NCBI RefSeq assembly: GCF_000341895.1
Contig: NC_020409.1
Coordinates: 1,650,001 to 1,682,000, forward strand
Source: Pseudodesulfovibrio piezophilus C1TLV30
GTDB taxonomy: Bacteria; Desulfobacterota; Desulfovibrionia; Desulfovibrionales; Desulfovibrionaceae
Direction: 5' to 3'
Length of the DNA stretch: 32,000 nt
The position numbers and the translations under genes were made by a program. The notes below the pieces were generated by a model. It was given only the letters and a program-made list of their open reading frames with translations. It did not search any database and was not told the origin of the DNA. Positions 18,267 through 27,767 of this stretch are shown here, piece after piece (positions within the stretch are counted from its first letter, which is position 1; each line of letters starts with the position of its first letter).

Positions 18267-19148
18267 ATGAAACTTGAACTGATCAAGAATCCGTCATTCG
18301 CGGAACGCACGACTTTGGGACTCGGCGGCACAGCCGAGGTCGAAATAGTCGTTCGTGATACGCGTGATCTCGACGGGCTTGGGATGTTCCTCATGTCAAA
18401 CCCGTTACGACCATTTGTCATTGGTGAAGGAAGCAATATCCTGGCATCCGACGGTCATCATGACATGGCCCTGATACGCACAGCCACCATGCCCGGACCG
18501 GAACGAGTCGAGAAGCAAGGAAAACAACTCATCGTTCATTGCGGTGCAGGACAAAGACTTCCTGGGCTGCTCGGTTGGGCACAAATGGCCGGACTCTCCG
18601 GTCTGGAAGGCCTCACCGGAATACCTGGATCAGTGGGAGGCAGTGTCGCCATGAACGCAGGGTCCTATGGGATGGAAATAGGTGATGCCATCACCCGAGT
18701 CCGTCTCTGGACCCCCTCGGCAGGATTGCACTGGGTTGATGCCAAGGAGTGCATTTTCGGATATCGCCACTTTTCCTGCGGTCCCGAAGCTTCCAAGGCC
18801 CTGATTTGGGAAGTGGAGTTCTCCTTGACGGAATCCTCACCCAAGGAAGTGCGGGCAACCATGAAAGATTTCTATATCCGTAAGAAAAGCACACAACCCG
18901 TGACGACAAGAAGTGCGGGCTGTGTCTTCAAAAACCCTGAAGAAAAAGCCGCAGGATTGCTCCTCGATGAAGCCGGAATGAAGGGCGTCAGCATCGGAGG
19001 CATGGCCTTCTCTAAAATGCATGCAAACTTCCTGATCAACCTTGGCACCGGGAATGCGTCAGATGCTCTGGAGCTTGTCGAAGCAGGACGGACCGCAGTC
19101 AAAACACAATTCGGTATCACTCTGGAAACGGAGGTCATCGTTTTATGA
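18267..19148 (+). CDS. murB: UDP-N-acetylenolpyruvoylglucosamine reductase
   Basis: Motifs: TLGLGGTAEV, GEGSNIL, GCVFKNP. Follows murC after a 3-nt gap. Confidence 0.93.
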   Translation: MKLELIKNPSFAERTTLGLGGTAEVEIVVRDTRDLDGLGMFLMSNPLRPFVIGEGSNILASDGHHDMALIRTATMPGPERVEKQGKQLIVHCGAGQRLPGLLGWAQMAGLSGLEGLTGIPGSVGGSVAMNAGSYGMEIGDAITRVRLWTPSAGLHWVDAKECIFGYRHFSCGPEASKALIWEVEFSLTESSPKEVRATMKDFYIRKKSTQPVTTRSAGCVFKNPEEKAAGLLLDEAGMKGVSIGGMAFSKMHANFLINLGTGNASDALELVEAGRTAVKTQFGITLETEVIVL

Positions 19149-19996
19149 GTACCTTAACCATGGGCAAACAGAACCGATTGAAAATCGGCTCAAAAAGCGG
19201 CAACAAGCTGCACAAAAAGAAAAAACAAAACCGCAGCCTCACAGGGACCGGCCAAATCCTCATGCGTTTCATCATGACGCTCCTCGGCCTTTCCCTGATC
19301 GCCACCCTTGGGGTGGGACTGCTGTACGGCTATCGCTTCATCACCTCCACGGCGTATTTCAACCTCAAGGAAATTCAGGTGACAGGCACCAGCAGACTGA
19401 CCTATGGAGACGTCCTCAGCCAGGGGAATGTCAATCTTGGCCTCAACTGCCTGGAGATGAATGTCGGCGAAGTAGAAAATAAACTCTCAAGGAATCCGTG
19501 GATTAAAAATGTGACCGTGCGGCGGCAGTTCCCTTCCACCCTGCGTATCAATGTAACCGAAAAAATCCCCATGTTCTGGATACGCCAGGGAGCCGGATTA
19601 TACTTCGCGGATGCCAGGGGCAAAGTCATCGCCCCCATGCATCCTGGTGAAACGGCCTCTCTTCCTATTCTCTCTGTGGCTGAATCCATTGATGACGGGG
19701 CCGAAGTCTTGAGCGGCATCCTCAAAAAAATCCAGAATCGTCAAACACCGTTTACACAGGATCAGACCGCATGGATCAAACTGACGAGTGCCCATGAAAT
19801 AGAAATTTATCTGGATGGTCACGCCGGAGGCCAGGGATTGACCGTCCGGTTATCCATGGATCGGTGGGAACTCCAATTGGAACGACTGAAAATTGCCTGG
19901 GGTGATATGATGCGCCGGGGTGAGTTCAAGAACGCGGCCATCATAGCGGCCAGCGGCGATAAAATATGGGTCAAAAAGCGTCCGAGCCGAGGCTAG
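19145..19996 (+). CDS. ftsQ: Cell division protein FtsQ
   Basis: Lys-rich cytoplasmic N-terminus, one transmembrane helix, and a POTRA-like segment (FNLKEIQVTGTSRLTYGDV ... NPWIKNVTVRRQFPSTLRINVTEK). ATGA overlap with murB. Confidence 0.85.
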   Translation: MSTLTMGKQNRLKIGSKSGNKLHKKKKQNRSLTGTGQILMRFIMTLLGLSLIATLGVGLLYGYRFITSTAYFNLKEIQVTGTSRLTYGDVLSQGNVNLGLNCLEMNVGEVENKLSRNPWIKNVTVRRQFPSTLRINVTEKIPMFWIRQGAGLYFADARGKVIAPMHPGETASLPILSVAESIDDGAEVLSGILKKIQNRQTPFTQDQTAWIKLTSAHEIEIYLDGHAGGQGLTVRLSMDRWELQLERLKIAWGDMMRRGEFKNAAIIAASGDKIWVKKRPSRG

Positions 19997-20041
19997 AACG
20001 CAAAGATATTACAGGGAACTTTAGAGGAAAGAGGAGATATT

Positions 20042-21277
20042 ATGGCCAGAAACGATCTCATCGTGGGCCTTGACGTAGGCACCACCAAAATATGCACAGT
20101 GGTAGGCGAAGCCAGTGATAACGGTGTCGACATCATCGGCATCGGCACTGCCCCCTCCACCGGACTGCGACGCGGCGTTGTCGTGAATATCGAGAAGACA
20201 GTCCAGTGCATCAAGAAATCCCTCGAAGACGCCGAGCTGATGGCAGGATGCGATATCCGCTCCGTCTACGCCGGTATCGCCGGGAGTCACATTCAAGGCT
20301 TCAATTCGCATGGCGTCATCGCGGTCAAAGGCGGTGAAGTCACGCAGCTTGATGTGGACCGGGTTATCGAGGCTGCCAAAGCCATCGCCATCCCGATGGA
20401 CAGGGAGGTTCTCCACACCCTGCCCCAGGAATTCATCGTGGATGATCAACGCGGAATCGCCGATCCTCTGGGTATGGCCGGAGTTCGGCTTGAAGTGAAG
20501 GTTCATATCGTCACCGGAGCCGTCACCTCTGCCCAGAACATCATCCGTTCCTGCAATCGGTCAGGCCTTGATGTTTCTAATATCGTGCTGGAATCCCTGG
20601 CCTCAAGCCAGGCTGTGCTTTCACCAGAAGAACGAGAGATCGGTGTGGCCCTTGTCGACATAGGCGGCGGAACCACGGACATCGCCATTTTCTCAAAGGA
20701 CTCCATCAAGCACACCTCGGTGCTGGCATTGGGCGGGCACAACCTGACCAATGACATTGCCTACGGACTGCGGACTCCCATGATGAGCGCTGAGAAGATC
20801 AAAATGGATTACGGCTGCGCCATGGCTGACCTCGTAACCACGGATGAAATCATCGAAGTGCCGAGTGTCGGAGGACGCGAATCCCGCAAGATGAGCAAAC
20901 GGGTTCTGGCTGAGATTTGCGAGCCGCGCTGTGAGGAAATCCTCGCCCTGGTAGACCAGGAACTGCTCAAGTCCGGTTTCAAGAACATGATCGCAGCGGG
21001 CGTCGTTCTTACCGGCGGAACCTGCCTGATCGACGGCATGCAGGAATTAGCCGAGCAAATATTTGACCTGCCGGTCCGCATCGGCACACCAGGCGAAGGC
21101 ATCGGAGGCCTGACAGAGGAAGTCAGAAGCCCCAAATACGCCACCGCTGTTGGCCTGCTGCTCCATGGAGCAGAAGAAGAAGGCCTGCAAAGAGTGCGGC
21201 CCTTCAAAATCCGCGATGATTCCGGTTTTGACCGCATCCTGTCGCGGATGAAGAAGTGGTTTACAGACATCGCCTAG
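20042..21277 (+). CDS. ftsA: Cell division protein FtsA
   Basis: Actin-fold motifs GLDVGTTKICTVVGE and VDIGGGTTDIAIF. AGGAG lies upstream. Confidence 0.95.
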   Translation: MARNDLIVGLDVGTTKICTVVGEASDNGVDIIGIGTAPSTGLRRGVVVNIEKTVQCIKKSLEDAELMAGCDIRSVYAGIAGSHIQGFNSHGVIAVKGGEVTQLDVDRVIEAAKAIAIPMDREVLHTLPQEFIVDDQRGIADPLGMAGVRLEVKVHIVTGAVTSAQNIIRSCNRSGLDVSNIVLESLASSQAVLSPEEREIGVALVDIGGGTTDIAIFSKDSIKHTSVLALGGHNLTNDIAYGLRTPMMSAEKIKMDYGCAMADLVTTDEIIEVPSVGGRESRKMSKRVLAEICEPRCEEILALVDQELLKSGFKNMIAAGVVLTGGTCLIDGMQELAEQIFDLPVRIGTPGEGIGGLTEEVRSPKYATAVGLLLHGAEEEGLQRVRPFKIRDDSGFDRILSRMKKWFTDIA

Positions 21278-21414
21278 AGGTATGAGGAACTCAATAAACC
21301 AAAAACTCAACAGGGAACGAGTGAAAACCAGGCGTTTTTTGTCGACACGGACCAGCCTTCAGCACGAAGCGCGTCCGGCCAAACGAAAAACACCGCTTCG
21401 AGGAGGAAGACACA

Positions 21415-22680
21415 ATGGAATACTTTGAAATCGAACATGACACCAATGCCAAGATCAAGGTCGTAGGCTGCGGTGGCGGCGGCGGTAATGCTGTCAACAA
21501 CATGATCCAGTCAGCGCTCAAGGGCGTCAAGTTCATCGTGGCCAATACTGATCACCAGGACATCAACAAATCTCTGGCTGAGCACAAGATTCAGATTGGC
21601 GAAAAACTGACAAAAGGACTGGGCGCGGGTGCGAACCCCGAAATAGGCCGTTCTGCTGCCATGGAATCTGTTGACCTGATCCGTGAGGCTCTGGAAGGCT
21701 CTGATATGGTCTTCATCACAGCCGGAATGGGGGGCGGGACCGGAACCGGCTCTGCACCGGTTGTGGCCGAAGTCGCGCGCGAAATGGGCGCACTCACCGT
21801 CGGTGTGGTGACCAAGCCCTTCTACTTTGAAGGAAAACGCCGCCTTCAGCAGGCCGAAGAAGGCGCACGTGCTTTGGCGGATGTAGTTGACTCCATCATC
21901 ACCATCCCCAATGACCGCCTGCTTCAGTTAGCTGCGAAAAAGGCATCTTTCTCGGATATGCTCAAGAAAGCTGATGAAGTACTTTACTATGCAGTCAAAG
22001 GTATCGCAGACCTGATCACCGTCCACGGCCTGATCAACCTCGACTTTGCCGATGTGAAGGCCGCCATGGCTTCCTCTGGAATGGCACTGATGGGAACCGG
22101 CATTGCTTCTGGAGAATCCCGTGCCAAGGAAGCCGCCATGAAGGCGATTACCAGCCCTCTGCTGGAAGACGTCTCCATTGAAGGGGCCAAAGGCGTCCTC
22201 ATCAACATCACCTGTGGCCCGGATATGCTCATTGATGAGGTCTCTGAAGCCGCTGATATTATTTACAAGGAAGCGCATGACGATGCCGAGATCTTTTTCG
22301 GTACCGTCTTCGACCCCGATGCGGGCGACGAAATGCGTATCACCGTCATCGCCACCGGCATTGAAACCGCCATGGAAGAACCGGAGCCTGTGCTGAGCAA
22401 GGCTGAGCAGCAGAAAATGTTGCTCCTCGGACCCCGCGGTACAGCCAAGAATGTCGAGCAGGCCAAACGCCCCGGGCACCAGCGCGTCATCAATACTGAC
22501 CGCAATATCCCGGCGTATCTGCGCAAGGCTGGTGGCGAACTTAACACCACCGAACTGCCCAAACAGCCCATCGCCAAGCGTGCGGCAGTGGGAGCAGCCC
22601 CCGGTGAGGAGGAGTTTATCTTTGACGATGCAGAAGAGAACTTCGATGTCCCGGCCTTCATTCGCAAGAATGTTGACTAG
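21415..22680 (+). CDS. ftsZ: Cell division protein FtsZ
   Basis: Motifs: [13 protein letters not shown], tubulin signature [13 protein letters not shown], and the C-terminal peptide [16 protein letters not shown] lies upstream of the ATG. Confidence 0.97.
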   Translation: MEYFEIEHDTNAKIKVVGCGGGGGNAVNNMIQSALKGVKFIVANTDHQDINKSLAEHKIQIGEKLTKGLGAGANPEIGRSAAMESVDLIREALEGSDMVFITAGMGGGTGTGSAPVVAEVAREMGALTVGVVTKPFYFEGKRRLQQAEEGARALADVVDSIITIPNDRLLQLAAKKASFSDMLKKADEVLYYAVKGIADLITVHGLINLDFADVKAAMASSGMALMGTGIASGESRAKEAAMKAITSPLLEDVSIEGAKGVLINITCGPDMLIDEVSEAADIIYKEAHDDAEIFFGTVFDPDAGDEMRITVIATGIETAMEEPEPVLSKAEQQKMLLLGPRGTAKNVEQAKRPGHQRVINTDRNIPAYLRKAGGELNTTELPKQPIAKRAAVGAAPGEEEFIFDDAEENFDVPAFIRKNVD

Positions 22681-22857
22681 GTCCCAAATCACTCACGCGT
22701 AAAAAAAGGAGTTGCCGTCATCGACGAGCGAACCCTGTACCATGGCGTAACGGAGCCAAGCGCTCCGGACCTCGGCGGACGGCTACCCGTAGCGATAGCT
22801 GTCCCCGGAGGGGAAAAGAACGCCGTCTCGACCCTCGGTTGGCAATCCGTATACCGG

Positions 22858-24381
22858 ATGCTGAGCGAGGAGCCCGGCCTTGCCGTAGAACGTGTCTTCC
22901 CGGACAAGCGAGGGCTGATAGACGGTGGCGATCCTACGACGCGTGAATCACAAAGCCCACTATCCTCATTCCCTGTAATCGCCTGGAGTGTCACTTTCGA
23001 GGAGGATTTCCTCATCCTCCCTCGGACGCTCCAGGCTGCGGGCGTTCCGCCTCTTTCGGCGGAACGCTCGCGCCTTCCTCTGGTCATGGTCGGAGGACCG
23101 CCCGCCTTTCTGAATCCGGCCCCTATCGCACCCTTTGTGGATATTTTCTGGGTCGGTGAAGCGGACAATAATTTCATCCCATTCTTCCTCACGCTGAAAC
23201 AACTCATCTTTGACGGTGCAGACCGCGAAACCATTCTCGACACCATCAAAGACCTCCCCGGCGTTTATGTACCCGGCAAGTCGCAAACACCTGTCCGCCG
23301 TGTTGTTTCCAGCGGTCCCGGTCCCCTGGTCGATCCCGGATTCTCCTGTTTCATTTCAGGCCATGCCACCTTTCGCGACACACTGCTCCTGGAGGTCAAC
23401 CGGGGCTGCCCTTACGGCTGTCGCTTTTGTGCCGCCGGATTTATCTACCGTCCTCCCAGAAATGCCGATATCGATGAACTCAAACGCATTGTGGAACTCA
23501 CTGATCCACCGAAGATAGGGCTTGTGGGGACCGCACTCACGGATTGGCCCGATCTGCTTCCATTTCTTAAATGGATTCACGGACAGAAGAAGAAATTTTC
23601 ACTCTCGTCCATGCGGGCGGACGGAATTACCGAAGAATTGCTTATCTATTTGCGGGAACGTGGCATACGCACCATTACCCTCGCTCTTGAAGGGGCCAGC
23701 GAACGGCTACGTAACATGATGAGCAAAAAGCTCGATCCCGAGGACTTCCTCAATGCAGTCCGTCTCTGTGCCCGCTATGGCGTCAATCATCTCAAGATGT
23801 ATCTTATTGCCGGGTGGCCCGATGAAACTGATGAGGATTATGAAGAGCTGCGTGATTTCCTCGAAAAGATAGTCCAGATTCGCTCGGAGGAACCTGGAGG
23901 CCGCAAAAAGCATTTCATGCGCATCACCATCGGCGTCAGTTCTTTGGTCCCCAAGCCGTTTACACCATTTCAATGGGCACCGATGACAGGCGAAGAGGCA
24001 CTGAACAGACGAATGAAAATGCTGACCAAAATGGTCAAACCATACAAGGGCGTTACACTCCACCACGACAACCCATTCCAAGCCCGACTACAGGCGCTCT
24101 TGGCCCGCGGCGGCGAAGAACTTGCCGACTTCATCCTCCTGGCAGCAGAGCATGGCGGATGGAAAAAAGCGCTCAAACGGTGGGATGGTGATATTGACGC
24201 AACTCTATCCCGCGAACGCACCAAGGATGAATTCTTTCCTTGGGAAGTTATCGACATCGGCGTCAAGCGCGAACATCTCTGGAAAGAATGGTCGCGTTCC
24301 AAGAAAGCCCAAGTCAGTCCCAAATGTTCACCCAAAGGATGTACTCACTGTGTGGGATGCGGTATGGAGAAAGATTCATAA
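22858..24381 (+). CDS. Uncharacterised B12-binding-like / radical SAM protein. Coordinates give the first-ATG model; the real start is probably near 22720.
   Basis: Contains the CxxxCxxC motif (NRGCPYGCRFCAAG). Overall it resembles the widespread uncharacterised radical SAM family I recall as TIGR03960-type. Family-like sequence continues upstream of ATG 22858 with no stop back to the ftsZ TAG (see findings). Confidence 0.85.
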   Translation: MLSEEPGLAVERVFPDKRGLIDGGDPTTRESQSPLSSFPVIAWSVTFEEDFLILPRTLQAAGVPPLSAERSRLPLVMVGGPPAFLNPAPIAPFVDIFWVGEADNNFIPFFLTLKQLIFDGADRETILDTIKDLPGVYVPGKSQTPVRRVVSSGPGPLVDPGFSCFISGHATFRDTLLLEVNRGCPYGCRFCAAGFIYRPPRNADIDELKRIVELTDPPKIGLVGTALTDWPDLLPFLKWIHGQKKKFSLSSMRADGITEELLIYLRERGIRTITLALEGASERLRNMMSKKLDPEDFLNAVRLCARYGVNHLKMYLIAGWPDETDEDYEELRDFLEKIVQIRSEEPGGRKKHFMRITIGVSSLVPKPFTPFQWAPMTGEEALNRRMKMLTKMVKPYKGVTLHHDNPFQARLQALLARGGEELADFILLAAEHGGWKKALKRWDGDIDATLSRERTKDEFFPWEVIDIGVKREHLWKEWSRSKKAQVSPKCSPKGCTHCVGCGMEKDS

Positions 24382-24512
24382 CACCACTCAATAAGGTCCA
24401 AATGTGTACCACATCTGACCCAATATCCATCTCGTTAAAAGCGAAAGCATTTTCTTGATTCCCACCCTGTTTGCACCTTACAATTCGGCTTCTCTCTTTC
24501 TCTACAGAAAGC

Positions 24513-24553
24513 AAAAAAAAAGTCCGTTCCCCCGTGGAACGGACTTTTTTTTT
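24513..24553. terminator. Bidirectional intrinsic terminator between the convergent radical SAM gene and glyA
   Basis: A9 (24513-24521), stem gtccgttcc (24522-24530), 5-nt loop, stem ggaacggac (24536-24544), T9 (24545-24553). It is symmetric and reads as a terminator on both strands. Confidence 0.85.
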
Positions 24554-24567
24554 GAATCAGTTTCTGT

Positions 24568-25806
24568 CTACCAGGCGAAAAGCGGGAATTCCTGAGCGAA
24601 CTCTTCAACTTCCACGCTGATTTCCTTGAGAATCTTATCATCATTAATGTTGTTCAATGCGGCAGTAATGGCCTCAGCAACAACAATCATATCTTCTTCA
24701 ATCATGCCACGAGTGGTCAGAGCCGGGGTTCCGATGCGGATACCCGACGTCTGGAACGGAGACTTTGTTTCGAACGGAATAGTGTTCTTATTGGCGGTGA
24801 TTCCTGCCTTGTCGAGGGCGATCTGAGCATCTTTACCGGTGTAATCTAGTTCGGAAAGGTCAAGCAACATCATGTGGTTATCAGTACCACCGGAGACGAG
24901 CTTGTGCCCCGCTTCCTGAAGTGATGCGGCAAGCTGCTTGGCATTCTTGACGACCTGCTGCTGATACTCGATAAATCCGGGGGACAGAGCTTCACCAAAG
25001 GCAACAGCCTTGGCAGCGATGACATGCATGAGCGGGCCGCCCTGGATACCGGGGAAGATGTTCGAATTCAGTTCCTGTTCCAAATCTTCATTGGAAAGAA
25101 TCATACCTCCACGAGGACCGCGCAAGGTTTTGTGCGTGGTGGTCGTGGTGTAGTGGGCATGCTCAATGCAGCTCGGATGCTCACCAGCGGCGATAAGACC
25201 GGCTATGTGGGCCATGTCGACAAGCAACTTTGCTCCGACTTCATCGGCAATCTTACGGAATCGAGCAAAGTCGATTATCCGTGGGTAGGCTGAGGCACCT
25301 GCTATGATGAGTGAGGGCTTGTGCTCCTTGGCAAGCGCCTCCACCTGATCATAATCGATGGTCTGGGTTTCGCGGGAAACACCATAATGAACCATATTGA
25401 AAAGCTTACCGGAGAAATTGACCGGGGACCCATGAGTCAGGTGTCCACCGTGTGAAAGATCCATACCAAGCACGGTGTCGCCGGGCTTGCATGCAGCAAA
25501 ATAGACAGCCATATTTGCCTGTGAACCGGAGTGGGGCTGCACATTGACATATGCGGCTTCGAACAATTCCTTGGCGCGGTCACGAGCCAATTCTTCGACC
25601 TGATCAACGAATTCACACCCTCCATACCAACGCTTGCCCGGATACCCTTCGGCGTACTTGTGGGTCATGACGCTTCCCTGGGCCTGACGAACAGCAGTAG
25701 AGACGAAATTTTCGCTGGCAATGAGTTCCAGCTTGGTCACCTGCCGTTCAGCTTCGGAGATGATTGTTTTGGCCACTGCCGGGTCTTGGAGTAACAGCTC
25801 TTCCAT
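24568..25806 (-). CDS. glyA: Serine hydroxymethyltransferase
   Basis: Motifs: [16 protein letters not shown], and the PLP-lysine block [17 protein letters not shown] 25806 is preceded by GAGG. The track's 25854 start adds 16 atypical residues. Confidence 0.95.
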   Translation of the reverse strand: MEELLLQDPAVAKTIISEAERQVTKLELIASENFVSTAVRQAQGSVMTHKYAEGYPGKRWYGGCEFVDQVEELARDRAKELFEAAYVNVQPHSGSQANMAVYFAACKPGDTVLGMDLSHGGHLTHGSPVNFSGKLFNMVHYGVSRETQTIDYDQVEALAKEHKPSLIIAGASAYPRIIDFARFRKIADEVGAKLLVDMAHIAGLIAAGEHPSCIEHAHYTTTTTHKTLRGPRGGMILSNEDLEQELNSNIFPGIQGGPLMHVIAAKAVAFGEALSPGFIEYQQQVVKNAKQLAASLQEAGHKLVSGGTDNHMMLLDLSELDYTGKDAQIALDKAGITANKNTIPFETKSPFQTSGIRIGTPALTTRGMIEEDMIVVAEAITAALNNINDDKILKEISVEVEEFAQEFPLFAW

Positions 25807-26137
25807 CGATTTTACCTCGTGTTGAGTGTGGATGCGAATGGCTTCCCACGCCAATCGCGCAGCATTGACGGTCCATGCGCCCTGCCCGAAATCCGAGTTT
25901 TTTCACCCGGTACCGGCCATGACTCCCGCCAGCCCGCGTGGGGTGGAGATCCGTCCTTATATCAATACAGCAGGGCCGATCAGCCCAACTGGGAGACACC
26001 CCTTTCGGGCCTTATGTTGTAGTGGAAGTCGCACCTCGTACGCAAGGGAAATCAGCATCCGCATTCCTCGCAAAAAACGCATCTCGACTGACATTGCATT
26101 GCCTTTTCAGCACTCGGACTCACTCGTCTATTCCACT

Positions 26138-26162
26138 AAAAAGGGAGGCCGTATGGCCTCCC
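26138..26162 (-). terminator. Intrinsic terminator downstream of fabF
   Basis: Minus strand reads gggaggcc-atac-ggcctccc followed by TTTTT. On the plus strand this is A5 at 26138-26142 and the stem at 26143-26162. It starts 6 nt after the fabF stop. Confidence 0.7.
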
Positions 26163-26167
26163 CGTTC

Positions 26168-27406
26168 TTAGTCTGCAAAACGCTTGAAGAGTATACAAGC
26201 ATTCGTGCCACCGAATCCGAATGAATTCGAAAGCACATAATTGACCTGTTTTTCTCGCGGTCCGTCAGCGCACACATCAAGGTCGCAATCAGGATCGGGA
26301 GTGTCGCGGTTTATGGTGCCGGGAATGATACCCTCGACCAGGGTTTTGACGGCAAATGCCGATTCAACACCACCGGCTGCGCCCAGCAAATGCCCTATCT
26401 GGGATTTGTTGGCACAGATATCAATATTATAGGCATGATCACCAAAGACCTTTTTAATGGCCCTGGTTTCGCATAGGTCATTCAACTTGGTGGAAGTTCC
26501 GTGCGCATTGATATGATCGATCTCACTGGGATCTATCTTAGCCTCCCGAACAGCAGCCGTCATGGCCAGCGCCATGCCTGCGCCGTCTTCGGGCGGTGCT
26601 GTCATGTGATAGGCATCGCCCGAAGCGCCAAATCCGACCACTTCGGCCAGAATTTCAGCACCGCGAGCCTTGGCATGATCAAGAGACTCAAGCAACAGCA
26701 GTCCAGCGCCTTCACCCATGACGAAACCACTCCGGTCCGCGTCAAAAGGACGGGATGCAAGCTCCGGCTCGTCGTTGCGCACGGACAAAGCCTTCATGGA
26801 GTTGAACCCTGCAACGCCAAGTTGCGTAATAGTGGATTCAGCTCCACCACAGATCATGACGTCTGCCCGCCCAATGGCGATATCAGTATAAGCCGCACCC
26901 ACGGCATGAGTACCGGAGGCACAAGCCGTGGTCGTGCAGATATTCGGCCCCATGGCTCCTGCCTCAATGGACACCTGACCGGCGGCCATGTTGGCAATGA
27001 GGATGGGAATGAAGAAAGGCGAGATTCGCCCCGGACCTTTTTTCAACAGCTTGGCATGCATGTCCTCAATGGACTGGAGACCACCCAGGCCCACGCCGAT
27101 AATGGTTCCGGCGCGATCCTTTTCTTCCTCGGGAATGGTCCACCCAGCGTTCTCGAAAAGCTGCTTTGTGGCACAGACCGCATATTGGGTAAAAGTCTCC
27201 ATGCGGCGTGCTTCTTTTTTGTTGATGAAAACAGTGGGATCGAAATCCTTGATTTCACCGGCAATCTGGGTAGCAAAATCCGCAGGATCGAACCGAGTGA
27301 TCGGGCCAATACCGGACTTGCCTGCCAGAAGATTCTGCCAACTGGTCTCAACGTCATTGCCGATCGGAGTGATGGCCGCAACGCTCGTGACGACAACCCT
27401 ATTCAT
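26168..27406 (-). CDS. fabF: 3-oxoacyl-ACP synthase II
   Basis: Active-site Cys block TTTACASGTHAVG, plus NAHGTSTKLND and GHLLGAAG. 412 aa. Confidence 0.95.
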   Translation of the reverse strand: MNRVVVTSVAAITPIGNDVETSWQNLLAGKSGIGPITRFDPADFATQIAGEIKDFDPTVFINKKEARRMETFTQYAVCATKQLFENAGWTIPEEEKDRAGTIIGVGLGGLQSIEDMHAKLLKKGPGRISPFFIPILIANMAAGQVSIEAGAMGPNICTTTACASGTHAVGAAYTDIAIGRADVMICGGAESTITQLGVAGFNSMKALSVRNDEPELASRPFDADRSGFVMGEGAGLLLLESLDHAKARGAEILAEVVGFGASGDAYHMTAPPEDGAGMALAMTAAVREAKIDPSEIDHINAHGTSTKLNDLCETRAIKKVFGDHAYNIDICANKSQIGHLLGAAGGVESAFAVKTLVEGIIPGTINRDTPDPDCDLDVCADGPREKQVNYVLSNSFGFGGTNACILFKRFAD

Positions 27407-27440
27407 AATATGTATCCGTATTGTCTACGTGTAATAAATG

Positions 27441-27476
27441 AAAAAGGAGCGCCTCTCACGAAGTGATAAGGCGCTC
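27441..27476 (-). terminator. Intrinsic terminator or attenuator between acpP and fabF
   Basis: Minus strand reads gagcgcct...aggcgctc (8-bp outer stem with an inner tcac/gtga stem) followed by CTTTTTCATTT. Confidence 0.6.
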
Positions 27477-27504
27477 GCATTAATATCTGTATCGAATCAA
27501 GCAG

Positions 27505-27738
27505 TTAAACAGCCTTTTCGATGTGGGAGATAGCGTCCTGAACCTTGATGATTTTCTGGGCGTCTTCATCATCGATTTCCAGGTCGAACTCTTCTTCCAT
27601 GGCCATGATCAGTTCTGTCAGATCCAGGGAATCAGCACCCAGATCTTCAACGAAGGCGGCACCTTCAACAACTTCATCTGCACTCACACCAAGCTGGTCA
27701 ACGATAATTTCTTTAACTTTTGCTGCAACGTCGGACAT
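27505..27738 (-). CDS. acpP: Acyl carrier protein
   Basis: 77 aa, acidic, with the phosphopantetheine attachment motif [15 protein letters not shown] lies upstream. Confidence 0.95.
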   Translation of the reverse strand: MSDVAAKVKEIIVDQLGVSADEVVEGAAFVEDLGADSLDLTELIMAMEEEFDLEIDDEDAQKIIKVQDAISHIEKAV

Positions 27739-27767
27739 ACTTTCCTCCAGTATCGATTTTTCTTTGA

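Noticed and set aside
22678-22720. Possible TAG read-through producing an FtsZ-radical SAM fusion, since both genes share the same frame.
   Set aside because: FtsZ ends with its normal conserved C-terminal peptide. A strong SD sits between the two genes. The frame identity has a 1-in-3 chance expectation. Independent initiation is far more plausible.
25807-26137. ZTP, THF or glycine riboswitch upstream of glyA. Also a link between the Cys-rich mini-ORF and the nearby radical SAM gene, as in a RiPP system.
   Set aside because: I could not find the conserved cores I remember for these riboswitches. The radical SAM protein shows no SPASM-type extra Cys clusters that I could see. It is also separated from the mini-ORF by glyA on the opposite strand. 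I kept this only as a low-confidence note in the findings.
25826-26224. ORFs of 132 aa (plus strand) and 83 aa (25748-25999, minus strand) in the glyA-fabF intergenic region.
   Set aside because: They have no SD. They overlap the fabF terminator and the glyA start. Their composition is Pro/Arg/Ser-rich with no family resemblance.
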